Source: Xanthomonas campestris pv. campestris str. ATCC 33913
GTDB taxonomy: Bacteria; Pseudomonadota; Gammaproteobacteria; Xanthomonadales; Xanthomonadaceae
Length of the DNA stretch: 32,000 nucleotides
Reading direction: 5' to 3'
Assembly (NCBI RefSeq): GCF_000007145.1
Contig: NC_003902.1
Location: 3,206,497-3,238,496 of the forward strand
Positions 24,418 to 32,000 of this stretch are shown one piece after another. The notes under the pieces are model-generated. The model saw nothing but the letters and a program-made list of their open reading frames with translations, ran no database searches and was not told the origin of the DNA. The position numbers were made by a program, and so were the translations under genes. Positions within the stretch are counted from its first letter, which is position 1. Each line of letters begins with the position of its first letter.

Positions 24418-25092
24418 GCAGCAAGCACTGACGTATCAGCCGGCGCACTGCAATGCTGCACACATGATCGCGCTGCCACCACGGTGTGGCGCGCGTGCGC
24501 GGCGGTGCGTGATGGCGCGGCGTGCGCTGGAAGCAAAGCGATCATGAGCGGGTTGTCTTGCGTGTAAGGATGCCTGCAGCGTAGGGCCAAACATGTGCGC
24601 AGTGGGTGACCACACAGCAAAGCCGCGCGCAGCGGCGGTGTGGATGCGCGACCACGGCGCTCGCTGGATCTTTATGCGCAATCGCACGACGGCGAGAGAA
24701 GTCTCATCTGCGTAGTGATTGATCGCGCCGCATAGCCGCGTGTAGCAGATGTGCAGACATGGCCACCAAGTTTTTCGCTGCTTTACGCACAACATTACGA
24801 CTGCTGGAGAGAACTCTTCGCGATGGCGCTATCGTCAAGCCGGGACACGCGCACCATAGCGACTAGCGCGACCTGCAGTGCACTACGACGTTGCGCGTCA
24901 CGCTCGGTGAGCGATGTCGGCACGAAGCGAATCGATAAGTCCTGACGTACTGCGACCTAGAGAACGACCACCAAGAACAGCGTTTCGGGGATGATGCCGA
25001 GGCAACGCCCGGCGATCACGCTGGCAGCAACCCAGGCTTGCGCATGCCGCCCTACGCGCAATGCGCCCAGGGCTCGAAAAAAACGAAAGATC

Positions 25093-26100
25093 CTAAAGCG
25101 CTGCAGCCTGGAGATCGGCCACTGCTTGCGTGGCTTCGGCGATGATGCCAAGCGCGATGCCATGCGGCGACGACGGCCCCAGGCGGATGCCGGCCGGCAG
25201 GCGCACGCGTTCCAGTGCGGCATCGTCATGACCGAGCGCGCGCAGGGCCTGCAATCGTGCCTGCCGTTTATTGCGACTACCCAGGATGCCGATGCAGGCC
25301 ACCTGAGACGACAGGCCGTGATGGGCAACCTGCAAATCGATGTCGCCGTCGTGGGCAAGGCTGTACAACGCGCAGTGTGCGTCCAGTTCCACCTCTGCCA
25401 ACGCCTGCGCAAGACCACGGCGATCGTAGTGCTCTGGGGCCAGCCCCGATGGCGGTTCGACCGGGCCATGCGGGCGCAGTACGCGCACTTCGATCCCGGC
25501 CTGCGTCGCCAGCGCGACCAGCGCCAGTACCGACGGATCCGCACCCACCAGCACCAGCCGCAGCGGCGGCGGCCGCGAGATCACGAATTCGCCGGGAGTG
25601 GCATCACTCGGTGTAGCCAGGTAACGCAGCGTGCCGTGCATGCGATCCAGCGCAACATGAAACGCGCGACGGTGCTGGCGCGCATTGCGCCAACGCGCGA
25701 GATACCCGCCCAGATCCTGCACCGCACACACCAGCACGCCGATGCGCCCACCGCAGCTCAGCTGTATATCGAGCACCTCGCTGCCTTCGCCGTAATCGAG
25801 CAAGCGCGGGCAGCCATCCTGCAGGACCGCCAGGGCTTCATGCGCGACCGCCGCTTCAACGCAACCGCCCGACACATACCCGGCCACCTGTCCGCTGCTG
25901 CTGATCGCCATCTGGCTGCCGAGCGGGCGCGGCGAGGAGCCGCGCACCTCCACCAGCGTGGCCAGCGCCACGCGCTGGCCGGCGCGGTGCCAGGCGGACA
26001 ACGTCGGCAACAGATCATCGTGCAGGGCGTACTCCGGCCAGGCCGGCCACGCGGTGGCAGCCGGCATACCGTGGCTGACAGGAGCCGCCACTGCATTCAC
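25093..26100 (-). CDS. paoD: XdhC/CoxI-family molybdenum cofactor insertion chaperone (PaoD-like)
   Basis: 335 aa. The GTG start overlaps the paoC stop (GTGA). The XdhC N-terminal region is ALATLVEVRGSSPRPLGSQMAISSSGQVAGYVSGGCVE. A Rossmann-like C-terminal part (LRLVLVGADPSVLALVALA) is present. Confidence 0.8.
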   Translation of the reverse strand: MNAVAAPVSHGMPAATAWPAWPEYALHDDLLPTLSAWHRAGQRVALATLVEVRGSSPRPLGSQMAISSSGQVAGYVSGGCVEAAVAHEALAVLQDGCPRLLDYGEGSEVLDIQLSCGGRIGVLVCAVQDLGGYLARWRNARQHRRAFHVALDRMHGTLRYLATPSDATPGEFVISRPPPLRLVLVGADPSVLALVALATQAGIEVRVLRPHGPVEPPSGLAPEHYDRRGLAQALAEVELDAHCALYSLAHDGDIDLQVAHHGLSSQVACIGILGSRNKRQARLQALRALGHDDAALERVRLPAGIRLGPSSPHGIALGIIAEATQAVADLQAAAL

Positions 26101-28304
26101 GCGCGCAGCGGCTCAGGCAGGTGTGGCAGCAGCTTGTCCAGCGTCACCGGGTAGTCGCGTACGCGCACGCCGGTGGCGTTGTAGACCGCATTGGCGATTG
26201 CCGCGGCGACCCCGCAGATGCCCAGCTCGCCCACGCCCTTGGCCTTCATCGGCGAGGACATCGGGTCGGTTTCTTCCAGGAACACCACGTCCTGATGCGG
26301 GATGTCCGCATGCACCGGCACTTCATAGCCGGCCAGGTCGTGGTTGACGAAAAAGCCCAACCGCTTGTCGACCACCAACTCTTCCATCAACGCCGAGCCG
26401 GCACCCATGGTCATCGCGCCAATCACCTGGCTGCGTGCGGTCTTGGGGTTGAGGATGCGCCCGGCCGCACACACGGCCAGCATGCGCCGGATGCGCACTT
26501 CGGCGGTCACCACGTCCACGCCGACCTCGACAAAATGCGCGCCGAAGGTGGACAACTGCTGCTTCTTGGCCAGGTCGCCAAACTCGATCTTGTCCTCGAC
26601 CACCAGCGGCCCCTGGGCAGCGGCATCACCCAAGGCGATGCGCTTGCCGCCGGCACGCACGTGCCCGTCGGCAAATTCGGCCTTGCTTGGATCCAGGCCC
26701 AGTTGCGTGGCGATGGCCTCGCGCAGTTTCACCGCCGCCGCATACACGCCGGCGGTGGAACTGTTGGCGCCCCACTGCCCGCCGGAACCGGCCGAGACAG
26801 GAAAGCTCGAATCGCCCAGGCGCACGTCTACCCAGTCCAGCGGCACGCCGAGCATCTCGGCGGCCGTCTGCGCAATGATGGTGTAAGAGCCGGTACCGAT
26901 ATCGGTCATGTCGGTTTCCACCACCACGCGGCCGCCCTGCTCCAGGCGCATGCGTGCACCGGAGGTGGTGGCGATCGCGTTGCGGAATGCCGACGCCACG
27001 CCCATGCCCACCAGCCAGCGCCCATCACGGGTGCTGCCGGGTTTGGCCTTGCGCTTGGACCAGCCAAATTGTTTTGCCCCGTCTTCCAGGCACTTGACCA
27101 GCTGCCGCTGCGAAAACGGCCGCTGCGGGTTTTCGGGATCCACCTGGGTGTCGTTGACGACGCGGAACTTCACCGGGTCCATGGCCAGCTTCTCGGCCAT
27201 TTCGTCCATGGCCACTTCCAGCGCCATCAATCCCGGTGCCTCGCCAGGCGCGCGCATGGCGTTGCCTTCGGGAAGGTCCAGCACGGCCAGGCGTGTGGTG
27301 ATCAGGCGATTGGCACCGGCATACAACAACTGCGTCTGTGAGGCAGCAATTTCCGGTGCACCGCCAGGCAGATCGCCCGACCAGCTCTCATGCGCAATGG
27401 CAGTGATCTTCCCGTCGCGCTGCGCGCCGATGCGGATGCGCTGCACGGTCGCCGGGCGATGGGTGGTGTTGTTGGCAATCAACGGCCGCGACAGCATCAC
27501 CTTCACCGGCCGCTTCACCTGGCGCGCGGCCAGTGCAGCAAGCACGGCGTCGGCACGCAGGAACAACTTGCCGCCGAACCCACCCCCGATATACGGCGAC
27601 ATCAGGCGCACGTTTTCCGGCGGAAGACCGAGCGTGCGTGCCAGATCGCCGGCACCCCAGTTGATCATCTGGTTGGAGGTCCAGACATTGAGCTTGTCGC
27701 CTTCCCACATGGCGATGGAGGCATGCGGCTCCATCATCGCGTGGGAATGATCGGGCGTGGTGTATTCGGCATCCAGCTGCACCGGTGCGGCCGCAAACGC
27801 ACCGGCAAAATCGCCGACAGTGCTGTTCGGTGCACCGCCTTCCTTGGTGACCTCGGCCTTGGGACGTGCGCGTGCCAGATCGTATTCGCCCACGTGGCGG
27901 CCGTAGTCCACCTTGATCAACTGTCCGGCCGCGCGTGCCTGCTCAAATGTCTCCGCCACCACCACCGCAATTGCCTGGTGATAGTGCTGAATCTCCGGGC
28001 CACCCAACAACTTGGCCGTATTGAGCTTGCCCTTTTGCAGCTTGCCGGCGTTTTGCGCGGTGACGATGCCGAGCACGCCGGGCGCATTGCGCGCAGCGCT
28101 CAAATCAATACTGCGAATCGTGCCCTTGGCAATGCCGGCGCCGACCACGTGGCCATAGGCCGCCTTGCCGGGCAGATCATGATGCTCATACGCGTACGGC
28201 GCCATGCCGGTGGTCTTGAGCGGGCCGTCGATGCGGTCGACCGGCTTGCCGACGATCTTGCCCTGGTCGATGGGATTGGTACCGGCGGGAGTGTCGAATT
28301 TCAT
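26097..28304 (-). CDS. paoC: Aldehyde oxidoreductase, molybdopterin-binding large subunit (xanthine dehydrogenase family, PaoC/YagR-like)
   Basis: 735 aa. From memory, it is collinear along its whole length with E. coli PaoC. Shared stretches include MKFDTPAGTNPIDQGKIVGKPVDRIDGPLKTTG, ISPYIGGGFGGK, EGNAMRAPGEAPG, DSSFPVSAGSGGQWGA, and RMLAVCAAGRILNPKTARSQVIGAMTMG. Confidence 0.9.
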   Translation of the reverse strand: MKFDTPAGTNPIDQGKIVGKPVDRIDGPLKTTGMAPYAYEHHDLPGKAAYGHVVGAGIAKGTIRSIDLSAARNAPGVLGIVTAQNAGKLQKGKLNTAKLLGGPEIQHYHQAIAVVVAETFEQARAAGQLIKVDYGRHVGEYDLARARPKAEVTKEGGAPNSTVGDFAGAFAAAPVQLDAEYTTPDHSHAMMEPHASIAMWEGDKLNVWTSNQMINWGAGDLARTLGLPPENVRLMSPYIGGGFGGKLFLRADAVLAALAARQVKRPVKVMLSRPLIANNTTHRPATVQRIRIGAQRDGKITAIAHESWSGDLPGGAPEIAASQTQLLYAGANRLITTRLAVLDLPEGNAMRAPGEAPGLMALEVAMDEMAEKLAMDPVKFRVVNDTQVDPENPQRPFSQRQLVKCLEDGAKQFGWSKRKAKPGSTRDGRWLVGMGVASAFRNAIATTSGARMRLEQGGRVVVETDMTDIGTGSYTIIAQTAAEMLGVPLDWVDVRLGDSSFPVSAGSGGQWGANSSTAGVYAAAVKLREAIATQLGLDPSKAEFADGHVRAGGKRIALGDAAAQGPLVVEDKIEFGDLAKKQQLSTFGAHFVEVGVDVVTAEVRIRRMLAVCAAGRILNPKTARSQVIGAMTMGAGSALMEELVVDKRLGFFVNHDLAGYEVPVHADIPHQDVVFLEETDPMSSPMKAKGVGELGICGVAAAIANAVYNATGVRVRDYPVTLDKLLPHLPEPLRA

Positions 28305-28305
28305 G

Positions 28306-29256
28306 TCAGGCCCTCGTGTCCGCCAGGATGGCGCTCAAGGTGCGTTCCACCAGCGGCACCTTGAATGCGTTGTGTTCGGTGGGCTGTGCGCCCTCCAGCA
28401 GGATGGCCGTGATGGCACGCCCGCCTTGGCGGGTCTGTGCTTCGGCGACCTCGTTCCGCCATGGCTTGTGCGCCACGCCGCCAATCGCCACCTGCGCATT
28501 GCCACTGCGCGGCACGATCGCCGCCACCGAGATCAATGCGAAGGCGTAGGACGCACGGTCGCGCACCTTGCGGTAGACGTGCGCGCCTTCCACCGGCTTG
28601 GGCAGGGTCACGGCCGTGATCAGTTCGCCACGCTCCAGCACGGTTTCGATATGCGGCGTCTTGCCCGGTGCGCGATAGAACTCGGCGATCGGGATGGCGC
28701 GGGTCTGCCCATCCGGGCGCACGGTTTCCACCACCGCATCCAGCGCGCGCATGGCCACCGCCATATCGCTGGGATGGGTGGCGATGCAATCTTCGCTGGC
28801 GCCGATCACCGCCAGCTGGCGGTTGAAGCCGCCGATTGCCGCACAGCCACTGCCCGGCAGCCGCTTGTTGCACGGCTGGTTGGTGTCATAGAAATACGGG
28901 CAGCGCGTGCGCTGCAGCAAATTGCCCGCAGTGGTGGCGCGGTTGCGCAGTTGCCCGGACGCGCCGGCCAGCAATGCGCGTGAGAGCACTGCGTAATCGC
29001 GGCGCACACGTGCATCCGCGGCCAGATCGGTATTGCGTACCAGCGCGCCGATACGCAGGCCGCCCTCGGGCGTCGCGTCGATGGTATCCAGCGTGAGGCC
29101 GTTGACATCGATCAGATGCGAGGGGGTTTCGATCTGCAGCTTCATCAGATCCAGCAGGTTGGTGCCGCCGGCGATGAACTTGGCGCCGGGCTGACGCGCG
29201 GCCTTGGCTGCGGCATCTGCCGGGGAGGTGGCGCGCTCGTAACTGAAAGCCTTCAT
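28306..29256 (-). CDS. paoB: Aldehyde oxidoreductase FAD-binding medium subunit (PaoB/YagS-like)
   Basis: 316 aa. [11 protein letters not shown]...[14 protein letters not shown] is the FAD-binding PCMH-type domain signature of the CO dehydrogenase/XDH medium subunit. The ATG overlaps the paoA stop (ATGA). Confidence 0.9.
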   Translation of the reverse strand: MKAFSYERATSPADAAAKAARQPGAKFIAGGTNLLDLMKLQIETPSHLIDVNGLTLDTIDATPEGGLRIGALVRNTDLAADARVRRDYAVLSRALLAGASGQLRNRATTAGNLLQRTRCPYFYDTNQPCNKRLPGSGCAAIGGFNRQLAVIGASEDCIATHPSDMAVAMRALDAVVETVRPDGQTRAIPIAEFYRAPGKTPHIETVLERGELITAVTLPKPVEGAHVYRKVRDRASYAFALISVAAIVPRSGNAQVAIGGVAHKPWRNEVAEAQTRQGGRAITAILLEGAQPTEHNAFKVPLVERTLSAILADTRA

Positions 29257-29903
29257 GCGCGGTCTCCGGCAACTTCGGTGATCGCCTCGACGATGTTGGA
29301 GTACGCACCGCAGCGGCAGATGTTGCCGCTCATGCGCTCCTGCAACTCCACCGTGGTGAGCCGCGTCTTGGCAGTGAGATCGTCGGTGACATGGCTGGGG
29401 ATGCCGCGCTTGACCTCATCCAGCACCGCCACCGCCGAGCAGATCTGCCCCGGTGTGCAATAGCCGCACTGGTAGCCATCATGTTTGACGAAGGCCGCCT
29501 GCATTGGATGCAGCTTGTCGGGCGTACCGAGCCCTTCGATGGTGGTGACCTTGGCGCCCTGATGCATCACCGCCAGCGACAGGCAGGAATTCATGCGCTG
29601 CCCGTCGACGATGACGGTGCAGGCACCGCATTGGCCGTGGTCGCAGCCCTTCTTGGTGCCGGTCAGATGCAGATGCTCGCGCAGCGCATCCAGCAAGGTG
29701 GTGCGGTTGTCCAGCGTCAGCGTCACCGGCTTGCCGTTGACTTCAAAGGCCACCTCGCTGGATGCGTTGGCGGGTTCGGCGGCCTGGCGCTGCGACAGCG
29801 CGTTGGCGGCGCCTGCAGCCATGGACTGACTGGCAGCGACGCTGGCGGCAGACGCCGTGCCAGCGATCAACACCTCGCGTCGGGTCATCTTGATATCTCT
29901 CAT
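29253..29903 (-). CDS. paoA: Aldehyde oxidoreductase [2Fe-2S] small subunit with twin-arginine (Tat) signal (PaoA/YagT-like)
   Basis: The Tat motif is [15 protein letters not shown]. The two 2Fe-2S cluster motifs are [12 protein letters not shown] and [10 protein letters not shown]...GNICRCGAY. The start is uncertain: ATG 29903 has GGAG 9 nt upstream, and alternatives are ATG 29888, ATG 29912 and TTG 29921. Confidence 0.9.
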   Translation of the reverse strand: MRDIKMTRREVLIAGTASAASVAASQSMAAGAANALSQRQAAEPANASSEVAFEVNGKPVTLTLDNRTTLLDALREHLHLTGTKKGCDHGQCGACTVIVDGQRMNSCLSLAVMHQGAKVTTIEGLGTPDKLHPMQAAFVKHDGYQCGYCTPGQICSAVAVLDEVKRGIPSHVTDDLTAKTRLTTVELQERMSGNICRCGAYSNIVEAITEVAGDRA

Positions 29904-30254
29904 GGCTGGCATCTCCAACAATGCTGGCTTATACAGTTCTTAAATAATGTGCAGCGCTGCCGGTCACAAGCGCGTGAGCGCGGCTGTGCGCGATGGCGGC
30001 AATGCAGTAGGTTGTCCCGATTCTAAGGCGCGGTTCTGCCGGCATTAGCTGCTGTAGCCGCATGCGTCTATGAAACACACTCATCACTGCCACGCCCGAA
30101 TTAGACGGCCCCTTCACTCAGTGATGCGCTGTGCGTGCCGCCACCTCTGTCGAGATCGCTGACACCCTCTGCCGCCACGCCGCACATCAGCAGCGCTATC
30201 GCATGACGCGCCGCAGGCAGGTGTTGGACCCTGCCCGCGCGCGCCGCGCCAGGC

Positions 30255-31262
30255 TCAGAATTCCAGCACGATCTTGCCCAGGTGACCACCGGCGTGTTGC
30301 AACGCAAACGCCTCGGCGATGTCCTCCAGCGCAAACGAACGATCGATCACCGGCCGCAACGGCAAACCGTCCAGTGCCCGCACCAACTCCTGCTGATGCC
30401 GGCGGCTACCCACCACCAAGCCTTGCAGCCGTTGCTGGCGTCCCATCATCTCGGCGGTGGGCACCGGGCCCGCGGCGCCGGTGAGCACACCGATCAAGGC
30501 GATGTGCCCGCCCACGCGCGCAGCCTTGATGGACTGCGCCAGCGTGCCCGGGCCGCCGACTTCCACCACGTGGTCCACACCGCGCCCGTTGGTGATCTCC
30601 AGCACCTGCGCCGCCCATTCGGTGTGCTGGCGATAATTGATGCAGTGGTCGGCACCGAGCGTACGCGCCGTCTCCAGCTTCTGGTCCGACGACGAGGTGA
30701 CGATCACCATGGCGCCCATCGCCTTGGCGAACTGCAGCGCGAAGATCGACACGCCGCCGGTGCCAAGCACCAGCACGGTGTCGCCGGCCTTGATCCGGCC
30801 ATTGACCACCAGGGCGCGCCACGCCGTGACGCCGGCGGTGGTCAAGGTGGCAGCTTCGGCATGGCTATAGCCGCGCGGCGCATGCGTGAAAGCCTGCGCA
30901 GCCGCGACCACGGCCGAGCGTGCATAGCCGTCTACGCCGTCGCCAGGCGTGGTGGCAAAGCCGGCATGCAACGGCTCGCCATCCAGCCACTGCGGGAAGA
31001 ACGTAGACACCACGTGGTCGCCCACGGCGAAATCGCTGACGGCCTCGCCCACCGCCTCTACCACGCCAGCACCGTCGGACATCGGGATGCGGCCATCGGC
31101 GGTTGGCATCTGTCCGCTGACAATGCCCAGGTCATGGAAATTCAGCGAACTGGCATGCAGCCGCACGCGGATCTGGCCTGCCGCGGGCTGGCCGGGATCG
31201 GGCAACGCGACGGAGCTCAGTGACGCCAGGCCTGCTGGTTGCTGCAAACGAATGCCACGCAT
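30255..31262 (-). CDS. Medium-chain dehydrogenase/reductase family oxidoreductase (zinc-type alcohol dehydrogenase / NADPH:quinone reductase-like)
   Basis: 335 aa from ATG 31262, with GAGGAG upstream. It has a GroES-like N-terminal domain (IRVRLHASSLNFHDL) and a Rossmann motif (VLVLGTGGVSIFALQFAKAMGA). The upstream 57 codons of the track ORF were rejected. Confidence 0.85.
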   Translation of the reverse strand: MRGIRLQQPAGLASLSSVALPDPGQPAAGQIRVRLHASSLNFHDLGIVSGQMPTADGRIPMSDGAGVVEAVGEAVSDFAVGDHVVSTFFPQWLDGEPLHAGFATTPGDGVDGYARSAVVAAAQAFTHAPRGYSHAEAATLTTAGVTAWRALVVNGRIKAGDTVLVLGTGGVSIFALQFAKAMGAMVIVTSSSDQKLETARTLGADHCINYRQHTEWAAQVLEITNGRGVDHVVEVGGPGTLAQSIKAARVGGHIALIGVLTGAAGPVPTAEMMGRQQRLQGLVVGSRRHQQELVRALDGLPLRPVIDRSFALEDIAEAFALQHAGGHLGKIVLEF

Positions 31263-31573
31263 CGTGGTCTCCTCATACTGATGGGCCGCCCGGGATACCA
31301 CGCGCGCCGTTACGCGCATGCGGTCGCGTCTGCTGTGTGCACTTGCCACGCCGTGAACAATTGCAGCGGACCTGCGTGACGCAGTGCATCGCCAACGCCA
31401 ACGCCAACAGGCAAGCGGGCTATACCGCGACATCAGAAACTGCGGCCGCGATGGGCTGAGCGGTCAGTCACAAATCCGGATTGCACGCGCGGCGCGCCTG
31501 GCTGGCATCGGGCGCCACCACGTACGCTGGCATGGCGGTTGCATCGGCTCTGCGTCCTGGACAAGGAAACACA

Positions 31574-32000
31574 GTGGTGTCGACAAGCAAGCAGTGGCGG
31601 CAACGTGCACAGCGCATCGCGCTGCATTTCGTGTTGACCGCATCCTGGATACTTCTGCTCGGTTCCGAATACTGGTCGATTCATGAGGAGCGCGACAGCG
31701 CCTTGCGGGCCGCGCAGACGCAGTCGTTGAACCTGGCCGACTCGCTGGCGCAGCACGCCAGCGACACCATGACCATCGCCGATGCGGTGTTGTCGGGGCT
31801 GGTTGCACGCCTGCAGCAGGACCGCGGCTCGGCAAACGAACATGCGGCGATGCATGCGTTTCTGGTCAGTGAGGCCCGCCGCTCGGAGCGCCTGCATGGC
31901 ATTTTCATCTACGCCGCCGATGGCCACTGGGTGAACTCGTCGCTGGGCAGCCTGCCGCGCACACACAACAATGCCGACCGCGCGTATTTCAAGTACCACC
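31574..32000 (+). CDS. Membrane sensor protein, N-terminal part (3' end outside the window)
   Basis: The frame from GTG 31574 (or 31577; AAGGAA lies at 31563-31568) has no stop up to the window end. It encodes a basic N-terminus, one TM helix (IALHFVLTASWILLLG) and a periplasmic region ending in NNADRAYFKYH. That ending is typical of Cache/PDC-type sensor domains of diguanylate cyclases and histidine kinases. It is absent from the ORF track because it has no stop. Confidence 0.55.
   Translation, partial: MVSTSKQWRQRAQRIALHFVLTASWILLLGSEYWSIHEERDSALRAAQTQSLNLADSLAQHASDTMTIADAVLSGLVARLQQDRGSANEHAAMHAFLVSEARRSERLHGIFIYAADGHWVNSSLGSLPRTHNNADRAYFKYH

Noticed and set aside
24957-25092. Short hydrophobic tail ORF (ending ...VIAGRCLGIIPETLFLVVVL) just downstream of paoD on the minus strand, plus a T7 run at 25075-25082
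   Set aside because: It would need a GTG or TTG start with no SD and gives only 20-34 codons. There is no convincing hairpin before the T-run. The evidence is too weak to call a gene or a terminator.
24991-28364. Plus-strand ORFs (24991-26154, 26121-27341, 27390-28364) opposite paoD and paoC
   Set aside because: They are antisense to genes with full-length similarity to XdhC/PaoC-type proteins, and they have shadow-frame composition.
30282-31223. 313-aa plus-strand ORF opposite the MDR oxidoreductase, and the 57-codon N-terminal extension of that gene (31263-31433)
   Set aside because: The minus-strand frame has GroES-like and Rossmann motifs, and an SD-supported ATG lies at 31262. The extension (MSRYSPLACWRWRWRC...) is not protein-like.
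31433-31999. 188-aa minus-strand ORF at the right edge
   Set aside because: It is antisense to an open plus-strand frame that encodes a plausible TM plus Cache-like sensor N-terminus with an SD-like AAGGAA. The minus-strand translation is Arg/Ala/Gln-rich with no motifs.
1-32000. tRNA, rRNA or tmRNA genes
   Set aside because: I saw no T-arm-like GGTTCGA(A/G)TCC motifs and no rRNA-like conserved blocks when reading both strands. A tRNAscan/Infernal run would be needed for certainty.

Overview
GC-rich chromosomal segment with Xanthomonas-type (Xanthomonadaceae) content. That assignment is inferred from the gene set, the IS types and an XVIPCD-type effector tail. I support about 30 protein-coding genes. 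Left to right they are: the 3' part of an EAL phosphodiesterase gene coupled to cheR-cheB; a membrane-anchored dual-HKD phospholipase D family gene; an IS3-family element nested inside an IS5-family element; an M13 lipoprotein peptidase; gpmA and nfi; a redox/stress group of two pirins, an OsmC-like protein and a secreted hypothetical protein; cstA with an overlapping ybdD-like gene; a cluster of REP/MITE-like compound palindromes; a HAD hydrolase; an ankyrin-repeat lipoprotein followed by a lipase-domain protein with an XVIPCD-like tail; a DUF819-type membrane protein; a small DUF2188-like gene; a MocA-like gene and a paoABCD-type periplasmic aldehyde oxidoreductase operon; an MDR-family oxidoreductase; and the 5' end of a membrane sensor gene. 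I found no rRNA, tRNA or CRISPR array. The most interesting items are: (1) the ankyrin lipoprotein plus lipase/XVIPCD pair, a candidate orphan bacteria-killing T4SS effector-immunity cassette; (2) the intact nested IS pair sitting 34 nt upstream of the PLD start codon; (3) the repeat cluster between convergent genes; (4) an unannotated 31-codon hydrophobic ORF with a strong SD and a downstream hairpin, next to a CRP/Clp-like palindrome. Many long ORFs in the six-frame track are antisense or out-of-frame shadows typical of high-GC DNA, and I rejected them.
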